Below are positions 1 to 10,534 of a DNA stretch of 64,000 nucleotides, in pieces. A program made the position numbers and the translations under genes. The stretch spans positions 114 through 64,113 of the forward strand of contig JABICX010000010.1 in assembly GCA_018652045.1 (NCBI GenBank), read 5' to 3'. Origin of the DNA: Candidatus Woesearchaeota archaeon (lineage in GTDB: Archaea; Nanobdellota; Nanobdellia; UBA10117; JABICX01). Each line of letters starts with the position of its first letter. The stretch's first letter is position 1. A model generated the notes under the pieces. That model was not told the origin of the DNA and searched no databases. It saw only the letters and a list, made by a program, of their open reading frames with translations.

Positions 1-244
1 CTTTGTCAGGTATAATTTCAAAAGGAATATTAATTATACGTTTAGTAAGTTGTGCTAAATCAACTTCGTCAAAGAGTTCGCGATTACCCTGAAACTCTAC
101 TTCATTCATATTAACCGCAATCCTTTCAATACCATTATAATCAGTTACTCTTTCTCCTCCACGCGCAAAGGGTGGAAATTTAGCGTCTAACATTTTACGG
201 AAGAGCGTTACCATATACTTACTACATGATCTAGCTTTTAACAT
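1..244 (-). CDS. hypothetical protein, N-terminal part only (gene runs off the left edge)
   Basis: Hand translation of the minus strand. ATG at 244 (in-frame alternative ATG at 214) opens MLKARSCSKYMVTLFRKMLDAKFPPFARGGERVTDYNGIERIAVNMNEVEFQGNRELFDEVDLAQLTKRIINIPFEIIPDK with no stop before position 1. Absent from the ORF track because it is truncated. No family recognised. Confidence 0.4.
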   Translation of the reverse strand, partial: MLKARSCSKYMVTLFRKMLDAKFPPFARGGERVTDYNGIERIAVNMNEVEFQGNRELFDEVDLAQLTKRIINIPFEIIPDK

Positions 245-310
245 TATATTGAATTCAAATAATAGTTTCAATTAAACAATTCATTTTAACTTATTCTTCA
301 AACGTGTTGT

Positions 311-2485
311 ATGCTAGTTTCTGCTATCAAAAAGAAAGGACATCCAAAGCTCCTCGCAAGTCTTGAATTTAAGGAGTTCCGACCGTGTCAAGAAAAGTCC
401 ATTAAAGCAGGGTTATTTGAGAGAAAGAACATACTAGTCTGTACCCCAACAGCAAGTGGAAAGACGTTGGTTGCAGAGATGGGTGCAGTTAACTCTATTC
501 TTAACAAGAATGGAAAAGCAATTTACATTGTTCCACTTAAAAGTCTGGCAAGTGAGAAGTATCGCGAGTTTAAAGAAAAATATGAAAAACTTGGCATTCG
601 TGTCGCTATATCTATTGGAGATCTCGATTCATCAGATGCTTGGCTGGAGAACTATGATTTGATTATCGCGACTGCTGAGAAGCTTGATAGCTTACTGCGC
701 CATCAGGCAAGATGGGTTAAAGACATATCTACCGTTGTTGTTGATGAAGTTCACTTACTAAATGATAAAGGACGGGGTCCGACCTTGGAGATAATTATTA
801 CATTACTTAGACAGCTACTTCCTAAGATGCAGCTAATTGCGCTGTCTGCCACAGTAGGTAATCCAAAAGAACTCGCTACTTGGATGCAAGCGGAACTTGT
901 TCAAGATTCTTGGCGGCCTGTCAAACTTTCACAAGGCACGTTTTTTAATGAGTTTGTTGACTTTCACGGTAAACGAAATAATCATAACATAACTTCAGAG
1001 ATCTCAGATCCAACATTACAACTTGCAATCGATACTATCCGATCAAATCAGCAGGCATTGATATTCTGCCCAACAAAGAATGCTGCAGAATCCACTGCGT
1101 TAAAGATCGCCAACCTACTCAAGATTGATGAAGACCTTCGAGCTGATGCTGAAAAGGTGATTAAATCTCTGGGCAGACCAACAAAGCAATGCCAGAAACT
1201 GTATGACGTCTTTATGAAAACGATTGCATTCCATCATGCAGGACTCGTTGCAAAGCAAAAGAGATTGGTTGAGGATAACTTCCGAGAAGGTAACATAAAG
1301 ATCATCTGTTGTACACCTACGCTCGCTATGGGTATAAACATGCCCGCAGACCGTGCGATCATGAAGTCACTAAAACGATTTGATGGTAGTGGTTCTAACT
1401 GGATTCCAGTTTTAGAGTATCATCAGATGACGGGTAGAGCAGGTAGACCTGGTAGAGGTATTGACGAAGGGCTTGCGATATCGGTTGCAGGTTCAGATCA
1501 AGACCAAGCGATGATCTACGAAAAGTACATCTTGGGTGAACCTGAATCCATCCTATCCAAACTTGCTGCAGAACCAGTTCTTCGGACATACATGCTAAGC
1601 TTAATTGCGGCAGGTTTTGTTAAGACAAAAGACGACCTTATGGCATTCTTTAGACAGACGTTCTATGGCTTTGTATATGGAGATGACTGGAGTTTTGAAC
1701 TAAAGATCGAGGATTTGTTGATGCTTTTAGAAAAGTATGGTTTCATAACAAACAAAGACGATCAACTTCGGCCAACGCAGATAGGCAAGCGTATATCTGA
1801 ACTATACCTCGATCCATTAGATGCGTGGATCATCATGAAAGGTTTCAAAAAAGTCGCAACTAAAAACGAGTTCTCGCTCGCACAACTTATCTCAAGCACA
1901 AGTGAGATGCGACCGTTACTTAGTGTCAGAAAGACGGATGCTGAAATGGTTGATGATGCACTTGTTGTTAACAAAGACCTGATCATAACACCAATCCCAA
2001 AAGAATGGGATTGGGAATACGCCTACTTCTTAGGATCGATTAAAACCGCTCTCCTTTTCATGGAATGGATGGCAGAACATAGTGAGGAATACTTGCTTGA
2101 GACCTTCAACGTAAGACCTGGTGAGATAAGATCTAAACTGATGACTGCAGACTGGTTACTATACGCCTGTTCAGAAATCGCGCGGTTGCTAGATCTAGAA
2201 GACATGCGTAGTCTATCTAACAAGACGCGTATTAGAGTAAAACATGGTATCAAGGAAGAACTTCTTGCACTAATCAAGTTGCGAGGGATTGGTCGTTACC
2301 GTGCGCGTCTACTCTGGAATGCTGGATGGAAAAAACCTACTGATATCAAGAAATCCTCCCCACAGAAACTAGCTATGATCATACACTCTGCAAAGATTGC
2401 GGACAACGTCTGGACACAACTATCAAATGAAAAGAAACCTACACATCCAGACAGAGATCTAGATCAAGACTTAGACGAATTTTAG
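311..2485 (+). CDS. hel308: Ski2-like DNA repair helicase Hel308/Hjm
   Basis: Walker A CTPTASGKT, DEVH box (VVVDEVHLL), SAT motif (ALSATVGN), helicase-C motifs (HHAGL, QMTGRAGRPG). 724 aa with a C-terminal helical/HhH-like domain typical of archaeal Hel308. Confidence 0.9.
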   Translation: MLVSAIKKKGHPKLLASLEFKEFRPCQEKSIKAGLFERKNILVCTPTASGKTLVAEMGAVNSILNKNGKAIYIVPLKSLASEKYREFKEKYEKLGIRVAISIGDLDSSDAWLENYDLIIATAEKLDSLLRHQARWVKDISTVVVDEVHLLNDKGRGPTLEIIITLLRQLLPKMQLIALSATVGNPKELATWMQAELVQDSWRPVKLSQGTFFNEFVDFHGKRNNHNITSEISDPTLQLAIDTIRSNQQALIFCPTKNAAESTALKIANLLKIDEDLRADAEKVIKSLGRPTKQCQKLYDVFMKTIAFHHAGLVAKQKRLVEDNFREGNIKIICCTPTLAMGINMPADRAIMKSLKRFDGSGSNWIPVLEYHQMTGRAGRPGRGIDEGLAISVAGSDQDQAMIYEKYILGEPESILSKLAAEPVLRTYMLSLIAAGFVKTKDDLMAFFRQTFYGFVYGDDWSFELKIEDLLMLLEKYGFITNKDDQLRPTQIGKRISELYLDPLDAWIIMKGFKKVATKNEFSLAQLISSTSEMRPLLSVRKTDAEMVDDALVVNKDLIITPIPKEWDWEYAYFLGSIKTALLFMEWMAEHSEEYLLETFNVRPGEIRSKLMTADWLLYACSEIARLLDLEDMRSLSNKTRIRVKHGIKEELLALIKLRGIGRYRARLLWNAGWKKPTDIKKSSPQKLAMIIHSAKIADNVWTQLSNEKKPTHPDRDLDQDLDEF

Positions 2486-3198
2486 ACTTTCCTGCAAAAA
2501 ACTAGGTAGGCGGTGTGTCCGATTGCGCCCATCCGCTCTTTAAGACTATCCCATTTTAAGTCCCACTCTCGCTCAATCACCTCGATTGCTCGCTCAAAGT
2601 AAAGTCCTTGCTTCTTTGCAAATGCTACAAATGTTTCTGCCTGCTCCAGGTGCGGCACATATACAACAACATATCCCCCTGCTTTCAGAGATTTTGATAT
2701 GTTTGGAACCTTTGTTGGTGTCAGTAAATCTAACGTTATCAGATCGAGCTTTTTCTCCTTAATACCTTTTGTAACATCGACGTTCTTGAGTTTAACATTT
2801 TCTAGCTCCAAAAACTTGAAGTTTTCTTTTGCGATCTTTGCGAAATCCTTACGCTTTTCATAGGTTGTAACTTTACCTGTCGGTCCAACATAGTGTGCTA
2901 GAAAGGCTGCTAACCAGCCAGATCCAGATCCTGCATCAACAACGCTTGCGCCCACAGGTAGACTTGTATGTACTACAATTGCTGCGGCATCTTTAGGAAG
3001 CACAACCTGTGGGCCGCGCTTACAGTTAAGAAGCATGTCTATAAAGTTAGCCTCAGTCTGAAGATACTCTGTGCCCATATGCGACTTGTTTACACCATCT
3101 TTCTTTGCGATCTTTACAACACCGTGTTGTGTATGCATCTCAGTCTCGCCTTTCGTCATAAGATACTTCTTACCTTTCGGGTCAATAAGTAGTTTCAT
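2482..3198 (-). CDS. trmI: tRNA (adenine-N1)-methyltransferase TrmI (Gcd14 family)
   Basis: Class I SAM motif VVDAGSGSGWLAAFLA. N-terminal small beta domain followed by a Rossmann domain. Length and layout match TrmI/Gcd14. The stop overlaps the hel308 stop region convergently. Confidence 0.75.
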   Translation of the reverse strand: MKLLIDPKGKKYLMTKGETEMHTQHGVVKIAKKDGVNKSHMGTEYLQTEANFIDMLLNCKRGPQVVLPKDAAAIVVHTSLPVGASVVDAGSGSGWLAAFLAHYVGPTGKVTTYEKRKDFAKIAKENFKFLELENVKLKNVDVTKGIKEKKLDLITLDLLTPTKVPNISKSLKAGGYVVVYVPHLEQAETFVAFAKKQGLYFERAIEVIEREWDLKWDSLKERMGAIGHTAYLVFCRKV

Positions 3199-3347
3199 TT
3201 TCCTTTCGCCCCCTTAACGATCGGAGTCGGCGACTGCGTCGCTCCTGTCCTTTTGCGCGAAAGGGAACGATTCCTTAACAACATATTTCCTGCTACAATG
3301 AATGCAGCTAAGATTGCTATCGCGATTAGTAAATATTCTTTAATCAT
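3195..3347 (-). CDS. small membrane protein (50 aa), not in the ORF track
   Basis: Hand translation: MIKEYLLIAIAILAAFIVAGNMLLRNRSLSRKRTGATQSPTPIVKGAKGK. It has one N-terminal TM helix and a basic tail. Its ATG overlaps the upstream gene's stop region (gATGATTAA). Its TGA overlaps the trmI ATG (ATGA). It exactly fills the gap between the two genes. Confidence 0.35.
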   Translation of the reverse strand: MIKEYLLIAIAILAAFIVAGNMLLRNRSLSRKRTGATQSPTPIVKGAKGK

Positions 3348-4536
3348 CTTTCAACTCCCGGAAAACCCACGTGCAGACGCCCGAAGACCACGCAAAAGGA
3401 TGTTCTGACTTGTAAAAGAACCGATTAACTGGTGAACCATCAGACTCATAAACTTCATAGACCTCACCATACTTCTCGATATTTGACTTTATATCTTTCA
3501 GCTCAGACTGAGCTCGCAGTTCAAAGCCATTTTCATTCAGGGCTTTTGTATATAGACAGGATATCCACAGCCAACGAATGTCGGTATGATAGTCAGATAT
3601 TCCTGCAAGCATATTTATTGGTGAGATTAAACTCGTTTTATATTGTGGATGTGCGGTTTTCACGCCAAAGCTTCTGTGAAGTTTCTCGGCTTCCATGTGC
3701 ATAAGTATGCTCTTTGCTTTTTCTTCATCTGCAACACCCCATAAAATGGCTAAAAGGTTACCGTCTGTTGAAAAGTAAGTGTATTTTGTGTTGTCAGATA
3801 CCCAGTCAGCATAGTACCCTTGCTCTAACCAAAACTTCTCATTAATTTGTTTATGTACAAGCTGCGACCAAAGATCATAAACCTGTGCCTCGGGCTCATT
3901 TCCGACGGCGCGAGAAAGCGTCACCATAGATTTAAGTGCACGATAGTAACAAACATTGGTGTATAGCACCTCGCCGTTCTTCTTTACAGAATCTGTCCAA
4001 CCAGCATAATCACCCTCATTTATCAAGAAATTATTCATATCATCTTTATTTGCTAGCCAAAAGATTGCTTTTTCAAAACTTGCGAAGTTGTCTCTTGCAA
4101 ACTGTACGTCTTTTGATTTTACAACATAGTCTTCTGCAGCTATGATCAATAGACAGTTCTGATCGCGAGGGTTAGAAAAAAGCTTATCTTGCTCATATCT
4201 TGGTCGCTGAGACTGACTTATATCCAAACCTAACAGTTTCAGCGTAATATCATAATCTCCAAATCGCATAGGATACTGACCTACTTCGTTCTGATGCTCA
4301 ATAAACAGGTTAAGCTGGCTTCGCGAGATATGATAGTCTCCAATAGCATTAGATCCAAAAGTTGCGAAAAGTGAGTCTCTTGCCCAATAATCTGAAAACT
4401 GATTCGCACCCGCATAGATACCATCATCTCGGTATAACGATCTTAGATCCCTTTGTGCGATAGCCTCTGCATCTAGTTCAGCTACAGATATCGGCACCAG
4501 AAGCAACACGAATAAAGCTAAAATGAGCTTTTGCAT
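3340..4536 (-). CDS. secreted (alpha/alpha)6-barrel glycoside hydrolase, glycogen-debranching-enzyme C-terminal (GDE_C)-like
   Basis: Signal peptide MQKLILALFVLLLVPISVA. Motifs YWARDSLFA, AGWTDS, STDGNLLAILWG and PFAWSSG are typical of GDE_C/GH15/GH63-like barrels. Confidence 0.55.
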   Translation of the reverse strand: MQKLILALFVLLLVPISVAELDAEAIAQRDLRSLYRDDGIYAGANQFSDYWARDSLFATFGSNAIGDYHISRSQLNLFIEHQNEVGQYPMRFGDYDITLKLLGLDISQSQRPRYEQDKLFSNPRDQNCLLIIAAEDYVVKSKDVQFARDNFASFEKAIFWLANKDDMNNFLINEGDYAGWTDSVKKNGEVLYTNVCYYRALKSMVTLSRAVGNEPEAQVYDLWSQLVHKQINEKFWLEQGYYADWVSDNTKYTYFSTDGNLLAILWGVADEEKAKSILMHMEAEKLHRSFGVKTAHPQYKTSLISPINMLAGISDYHTDIRWLWISCLYTKALNENGFELRAQSELKDIKSNIEKYGEVYEVYESDGSPVNRFFYKSEHPFAWSSGVCTWVFRELKDD

Positions 4537-4587
4537 GATATCTTGTATTATCGTAAGATTTAAAACATTACTGCGAGTGCAAATCTT

Positions 4588-5472
4588 ATGGTTGATTGGA
4601 TTGCGAGAATATATGAGAAAAACTACAAGAAGATGCTCATTATTCCATTAGTTATATTTATCTGCTGCCTATTGATTTTAGGCTTCTGGAAGGTAAACAC
4701 TGGTGAATTTGTAAGTAAAGACGTAACCCTGACGGGTGGTCTTATGATCACTGTGGAAACTGACCAAAACATTGACATATCTGATGCTCAGACGCAACTT
4801 TCAGACCAACTTGGTCTAAGTTCCCGAGTAAAAGAGCTAAAAAGTTATGGTGGTTCTGGAAAGTTAGGTTATACTTTTGAGGTTGAGAAAACCTCTGACA
4901 TCGACGAGGTAAAAGAAGCTATCTCTGAGATCACCGGTCTAACTTTAACTGAAGGCAGCTATACATTGGAAGAGACTAGCTCATCATTAAGTCAATCTTT
5001 CTGGAATAATACTGTTCGAGCAATATTCCTGGCGTTCTTATTTATGGCAATTGTTATCTTTTTCTACTTTAGAAAACTGGTTCCAAGTGGCGCAATAGTA
5101 CTTGCTGCATTTTCTGACTTTGTATGTACGCTAGCGATGATTAATATTCTCGATATCAAACTATCAACTGCAAGTGTAGCTGCTCTGCTTATGCTGATTG
5201 GATACTCTGTTGACTCCAACATACTTCTGTCTGTAAGAACTATAAAACGACATGAAGGAACGGTCTCAGAGCGAATATCTCGTGCATTAAAGACTGGAAT
5301 GACTATGACTGGGACAACTTTTGTTGTTTTAGCCGTTATCTATCTAATAACTCCGTCTAAGATCTTACAGCAGATCGCACTTGTCCTGGCATTTGGCCTA
5401 GCATTCGACTTTATCAACACATGGATACAGAACGCAAGCATACTACGATGGTGGTTACATAAGAATGGGTAA
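4588..5472 (+). CDS. secF: protein-export membrane protein SecF
   Basis: N-terminal TM, periplasmic-type domain and a C-terminal multi-TM SecD/SecF domain (LMLIGYSVDSNILL). 8-nt overlap with the downstream secD. The secF-secD order is typical of archaea. Confidence 0.85.
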   Translation: MVDWIARIYEKNYKKMLIIPLVIFICCLLILGFWKVNTGEFVSKDVTLTGGLMITVETDQNIDISDAQTQLSDQLGLSSRVKELKSYGGSGKLGYTFEVEKTSDIDEVKEAISEITGLTLTEGSYTLEETSSSLSQSFWNNTVRAIFLAFLFMAIVIFFYFRKLVPSGAIVLAAFSDFVCTLAMINILDIKLSTASVAALLMLIGYSVDSNILLSVRTIKRHEGTVSERISRALKTGMTMTGTTFVVLAVIYLITPSKILQQIALVLAFGLAFDFINTWIQNASILRWWLHKNG

Positions 5473-7000
5473 ACTTAAACAAATCCTAACAGATTGGAGA
5501 GTAATTTTACTTATTCTATTTTTACTTATGTCTGTTTGGACGATTCAACCAAGATTATCTTCTTCAGGCGTATTAATTCAGAATGTAGCTAAAAACAGCA
5601 CTGCTGAAATCAACGGTGTTGAAGTTGGTTCCATAATCACTGAAGTAAATGGTCAATCTGTTGCAGGTCTAGGTGCTTTCGAAGACATTCTTGCAGGATT
5701 AACTGATGGCAATGTAGCAACAATAACCACAAATGAAGGTAGTTTTAAGGTTGTATCTGAAAATGGCTCGATTGGCATAACACCTAGAGTGGTTCCAACA
5801 TCTAATCTACGTAAAGGTCTTGACTTAATTGGTGGAGCAAGAGTCGTGCTAAAACCCGAAGGTGAGATCACACAGGAACAACTTGATGATGCTACAGATA
5901 TTATCGCTAAACGGCTTAATGTATATGGTTTAAGTGACGTAGCGATCACGCAGGCAAGTGGCATTAGTGGTGAAAAATACATAATCATTGAACTTGCGGG
6001 AGCTACTCGTGAAGATGTTCAGAACCTTGTAGGAACGCAAGGTAAGTTTGAAGCTAAGATCGGTGGTGAGACGGTTTTTGTTGGTGGAAAGGATATAAAG
6101 TCTGTGTGTAGATCTACAGATTGTGCAGGTGTTGATCTACGAACATGTGGCCCTAATCAAGAAGATGTATATGGTTGTAGATTTAGTTTCCGGGTTGATG
6201 TATCGCAAGAAAGTGCTCAGAAACACGCAGACATCACATCTAAATTAGATACCATCCGCGAGGGTGATAACGTATATCTAAGTGAAAAACTTGACCTCTT
6301 CTTAGATGATGCTGAATTTGACAGCCTATTTATCTCTAGCGACCTTCAAGGGAAGGTTGCCACAAGCTTTGTTATCCAAGGGCCTGGCAGTGGTCCTACA
6401 AAAGATGCTGCAATAAACTCTGCGCTAGATAATATGAAGCGGTTCCAAACCTTACTAATCACCGGTTCATTGCCAGTTAAGCTGAACATCGAAAAGATTG
6501 ACATTGTATCTCCAACCCTTGGGGAACAGTTCTTTTCGTCAGCACTTCTTGCATTACTTGCGGCAATTACTGCAGTTGGGTGTGTTATATTCTTACGCTA
6601 TCGTAAACTTAAGATCGCACTTCCAATATTCATAACAGGTGCAAGCGAGATAATCATCATCTTAGGTTTTGCAGCACTCATCCGATGGAACCTAGACCTG
6701 GCAGCACTTGCAGGTATACTTGCGGCAGTCGGTACGGGTGTTGATCATCAGATTATTATCACTGATGAAGTGCTTCGGGGTGAATCTGCAACCGGTAACT
6801 GGAATGAGAAGCTTAAGCAAGCGTTCTTTATCATCATGGCTGCCTACTTCACAACAGTTGTTGCTATGGGTCCATTACTCGTAATGGGTGCAGGAATGCT
6901 CAAGGGCTTTGCGATCACAACCATAACAGGTGTTTCAGTTGGTGTCTTCATAACCAGACCTGCCTTTGCTAAGATCATTGAAGTTCTATTGAAAGATTAG
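5465..7000 (+). CDS. secD: protein-export membrane protein SecD
   Basis: Large extracytoplasmic domain (LDLIGGARVVLKP, RLNVYGLSDV) followed by a SecD/SecF TM domain (AGILAAVGTGVDHQIIITDE). Confidence 0.85.
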   Translation: MGKLKQILTDWRVILLILFLLMSVWTIQPRLSSSGVLIQNVAKNSTAEINGVEVGSIITEVNGQSVAGLGAFEDILAGLTDGNVATITTNEGSFKVVSENGSIGITPRVVPTSNLRKGLDLIGGARVVLKPEGEITQEQLDDATDIIAKRLNVYGLSDVAITQASGISGEKYIIIELAGATREDVQNLVGTQGKFEAKIGGETVFVGGKDIKSVCRSTDCAGVDLRTCGPNQEDVYGCRFSFRVDVSQESAQKHADITSKLDTIREGDNVYLSEKLDLFLDDAEFDSLFISSDLQGKVATSFVIQGPGSGPTKDAAINSALDNMKRFQTLLITGSLPVKLNIEKIDIVSPTLGEQFFSSALLALLAAITAVGCVIFLRYRKLKIALPIFITGASEIIIILGFAALIRWNLDLAALAGILAAVGTGVDHQIIITDEVLRGESATGNWNEKLKQAFFIIMAAYFTTVVAMGPLLVMGAGMLKGFAITTITGVSVGVFITRPAFAKIIEVLLKD

Positions 7001-7035
7001 GAAACTATTTTATAATTCGTCAGACTTAGTAAGTT

Positions 7036-7893
7036 ATGGTTCTTGAATCATTGATTCCAGTAAGACTTGCTGAAAAGCGGCCGGTTGAGATGTTACCTCT
7101 TGCTTTTCTGTACGCCAGTCTTGCTATTTTTGTTGCGCTTTGGATCTTCCCAAACCACGCAAGCCTAACAATGGTATTCTTTACAGTGATGGCGCTGCTA
7201 CCATTAATGGTATCTTTAATGCGATTTGAGGAACAAAGTATCTTTGTTAGAAGTAAAGATGCAGATACTGATCACAAACGAGCGATGCCTTTCTTTGTCT
7301 GGATGTTTATTGGAATGGTTCTCGCGTTCTCCGCGTGGTTTATCATATTTCCGCAAGACATGGTTAGTAATCTCTTTAGCGTACAGATAAACACTATCCA
7401 AGCCATCAACAATAACATTAACCAAGTGACTGCGAATACCGTTAATGCAAGTACCTACTTCCTAGCTGTTTTGTTGAATAATCTCAAAGTTCTCTTATTT
7501 GTGCTGCTATTCTCATTCATATATGGCGCAGGTGCGATCTTTATTCTTACCTGGAACGCGAGTGTTGTGGCAGTTGCTATTGGAAACACTGCGCGTAACT
7601 TAATTAGTAAGTATGCAGCTACTGCGCAGCTAACGGGTGCGCCCGCATACTTTGCAGGGTTCTCGCTCGGTCTCATGCGGTATATGATCCACGGAATACC
7701 TGAGATTGGTGCTTACTTTGTCGGAGGTCTCGCAGGTGGAATGATATCTGTAGCAGTTCTACGACATGAATTCTTAGATCTAAGATTTAAACAGGTACTT
7801 TATGATTCATCGCATCTAATTCTTCTAGCAACTGGATTACTCCTCGTTGCGGGCGTCTTAGAAACCTTTGTCAGTCCATTGGTTCCGGTATAA
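7036..7893 (+). CDS. SpoIIM-like (DUF95) integral membrane protein
   Basis: Polytopic membrane protein. NNLKVLLFVLLFSFIYGAGAIFILTWNASVVA and HGIPEIGAYF are characteristic of the stage II sporulation protein M family. Confidence 0.6.
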   Translation: MVLESLIPVRLAEKRPVEMLPLAFLYASLAIFVALWIFPNHASLTMVFFTVMALLPLMVSLMRFEEQSIFVRSKDADTDHKRAMPFFVWMFIGMVLAFSAWFIIFPQDMVSNLFSVQINTIQAINNNINQVTANTVNASTYFLAVLLNNLKVLLFVLLFSFIYGAGAIFILTWNASVVAVAIGNTARNLISKYAATAQLTGAPAYFAGFSLGLMRYMIHGIPEIGAYFVGGLAGGMISVAVLRHEFLDLRFKQVLYDSSHLILLATGLLLVAGVLETFVSPLVPV

Positions 7894-7944
7894 CGCCTAA
7901 TTAAGTTGCATAATTCTTTTATACTCTGTGATTAAAATCTGTGC

Positions 7945-10524
7945 ATGGGTGACGACGATAGACGAGATCAGCTTGTTGGTAAGCTTAAAGGTTTATTTAG
8001 TGACTCTGATGATTCTGAGGGATTAAATCTTGATCAGGAAAAAGTTCTGAAATTTATTAAGGGTGAGAACTTCTACTGGTTACTATTAATACCGGTTTTA
8101 ATCATGTCTCTATACGTACGTACGCGTAATTTAGGACATCTCGGTGGCAAGTATCTACTTGGTTTAGATCCATACTCATTCTATCGCTATGCACAAGAGG
8201 TTCTTCAGACGGGTTCGATTCAATCTCCGGACATGATGCGATATGTACCGGTAGGATATGTGCTCAGAATGGACTATAAGTTCATGGGTTACTTTATGGC
8301 TTACACTTACAAAATCATTAGTGTATTTTCTTCCGCAACGCAACTCGAATGGCACATTATGTATCCACCCGTCATAACGGCTATCAGTTTAGTGTTCTTA
8401 TTCTTATTCGTCAGAAAGATCTTCGATGCAAAGGTTGCGATAGTCGCTACAGCATTCCTCGCAGTTATCCCTGCGTATATATATCGAACAGGTGCAGGTT
8501 TTGCAGACCACGAAGCACTTGCTATGCTTTTCATGTTCATATCACTGTGGTTATTCAGTCTTATGTGGACTACGAGCAATCGCATGCGTTCTATGATCTA
8601 TGGTATTAGTGCTGGAGTCTTCTCTACTGCATTGTACTTCAGCTGGCCTGGTGGTTATCGTTTCTTAACTGTCTCACTTGCCAGTCTAGCAATACTCGCC
8701 ACAGTATTTAGTAAGCCAAGTAAGACGCAAGTTATTGGGTACATAAGTTGGTTTGTCTCATTCATAGTCTTAAGTGCGATAGGGCTAAGACAGATTGCGT
8801 TTATAACTGAACTTGAGAACATAGTATTATTATTCGCAGTTATAGTCCTCATTACTAATCAGATGAAAGGTGTTCGAAGCCTGGTTGAACAAATCGGAAA
8901 GGCACTTCCATATAAGATTCCACCTGAAATCATACTTCTTGTTAGCATTGCATTGATTGGACTTATCATTGGATGGATAACCGGCATACTGGATCCTTCT
9001 TTTATCATTGACCGCCTTCTTCACCCAGGTGGAACAAGTCGATTTGCATTTACAGTTTCTGAGAACCAACAACCATACTTTATTGGTGGAAACAGTTGGT
9101 GGTCTAGCTTTACATGGACATTCCTACTCGCGTTCCTAGGTTCAATCTACATGGTCGTAAAGATGTTTAAATCAATTAAAACAGGTCTAGCTGTTGCAAC
9201 AAGTTACACGATATTCTTTGTAATATTCATATTTGGCAGATTCTCAAGTAACGCAAAATACGCACGAATTGCTAACTTCTCTACGCAAACATACTTAATC
9301 TGGTTCGCGATCTTCATGCTCACATTGTTTGGACTATACATCTTTCATTATAATAAGAATAAAAGCAAGGCTTTGGAAGTGTTCGATATTCCATGGGAAC
9401 TTCTACTCATCTTTATCTGGTTCCTATTCACTGCAATCATTGCGCGAGGCGCGGTACGAACCATCTTCTCCTTTGCTCCAGCTGTCGCGATTGTTGCAGC
9501 ATACTTCACAGTAAACCTTGCACGAGATCTATACAAACGAGGTCAGCTAGAGAAATTCCTAACGTTTATTCTCATAATCTTTATGCTATTCTGCCTATGG
9601 GGTAATGCCACACAGGCGACATATGTAAATCGTGGATCTGGTTCTGGCTTACCGGGACAATGGGAAGCTTCATTTGACTGGATACGCGAAAATACAGCGG
9701 AAAACGCAGTTATTGCACACTGGTGGGACTATGGATACTGGACACAGACTGTTGGTGAGCGAGCAACAGTTGTTGATGGTGGTAATGCTATGCAATGGGA
9801 TCATGGCATGGGTCGATATGGGCTAACACACAACAATCTTCAAGAGACTTTTGAGTATTTCAAGACGCATGAAGTTACACACCTATTAATTTCTGAGGAA
9901 GAGATATCAAAGTATCACGCATTCGCAACTATTGGGTCTGATGAAAACTTTGATCGTAAGAGTACGATAGGTATATTCACATTAAACTCACAAAATGAAG
10001 TACGCGACGGTGCGGAGTTCGTATACCGTGGTGGTTGGGGTCTAGACCAAGACCTTGTTGTAGATATGAAGGTCATACCTGAAGGTACTCCGCTAGCTGG
10101 CTTCTCAATAATTGGTAAGAATGATGGGAGTTTCCAAGCACCTGTTGCAGGATTTGTGGTCGATGGACGACAGTTCAATATGAACGTTGATTGCCTTGTT
10201 GTAAACAACGTTCGTTACGACTTCAATGTTGCTGAACCAAAGATAGAGGCATGTATTGTCTTGCTACCTTTCTTCGTTGACGAACAGAACACAAATCCAA
10301 TTGGTACTGCTTTCTTTGCTTCATCAAAAGTTCGTGATGGAAACTTAGCACGACTATTCCTATATAGCGAACAGATACCGGGTTTTACTAAAGTTTATGA
10401 TGATGGAACGCCTCTTGGAATCTACCAGGGAAGGTTGGTTGGTCCAGTCCGAATCTGGGAGATCCAATACCCTGCTGGTACGAAGACCGACGATAGATAC
10501 TTAGAAAAGAGTATTTACGGTTAA
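7945..10524 (+). CDS. aglB: dolichyl-(mono/di)phosphooligosaccharide-protein glycosyltransferase AglB (STT3 homologue)
   Basis: About 13 N-terminal TM helices. Catalytic WWDYG motif (AHWWDYGYW, near nt 9715-9735). Soluble C-terminal domain. 859 aa. Confidence 0.9.
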   Translation: MGDDDRRDQLVGKLKGLFSDSDDSEGLNLDQEKVLKFIKGENFYWLLLIPVLIMSLYVRTRNLGHLGGKYLLGLDPYSFYRYAQEVLQTGSIQSPDMMRYVPVGYVLRMDYKFMGYFMAYTYKIISVFSSATQLEWHIMYPPVITAISLVFLFLFVRKIFDAKVAIVATAFLAVIPAYIYRTGAGFADHEALAMLFMFISLWLFSLMWTTSNRMRSMIYGISAGVFSTALYFSWPGGYRFLTVSLASLAILATVFSKPSKTQVIGYISWFVSFIVLSAIGLRQIAFITELENIVLLFAVIVLITNQMKGVRSLVEQIGKALPYKIPPEIILLVSIALIGLIIGWITGILDPSFIIDRLLHPGGTSRFAFTVSENQQPYFIGGNSWWSSFTWTFLLAFLGSIYMVVKMFKSIKTGLAVATSYTIFFVIFIFGRFSSNAKYARIANFSTQTYLIWFAIFMLTLFGLYIFHYNKNKSKALEVFDIPWELLLIFIWFLFTAIIARGAVRTIFSFAPAVAIVAAYFTVNLARDLYKRGQLEKFLTFILIIFMLFCLWGNATQATYVNRGSGSGLPGQWEASFDWIRENTAENAVIAHWWDYGYWTQTVGERATVVDGGNAMQWDHGMGRYGLTHNNLQETFEYFKTHEVTHLLISEEEISKYHAFATIGSDENFDRKSTIGIFTLNSQNEVRDGAEFVYRGGWGLDQDLVVDMKVIPEGTPLAGFSIIGKNDGSFQAPVAGFVVDGRQFNMNVDCLVVNNVRYDFNVAEPKIEACIVLLPFFVDEQNTNPIGTAFFASSKVRDGNLARLFLYSEQIPGFTKVYDDGTPLGIYQGRLVGPVRIWEIQYPAGTKTDDRYLEKSIYG

Positions 10525-10534
10525 TCACATTCAA

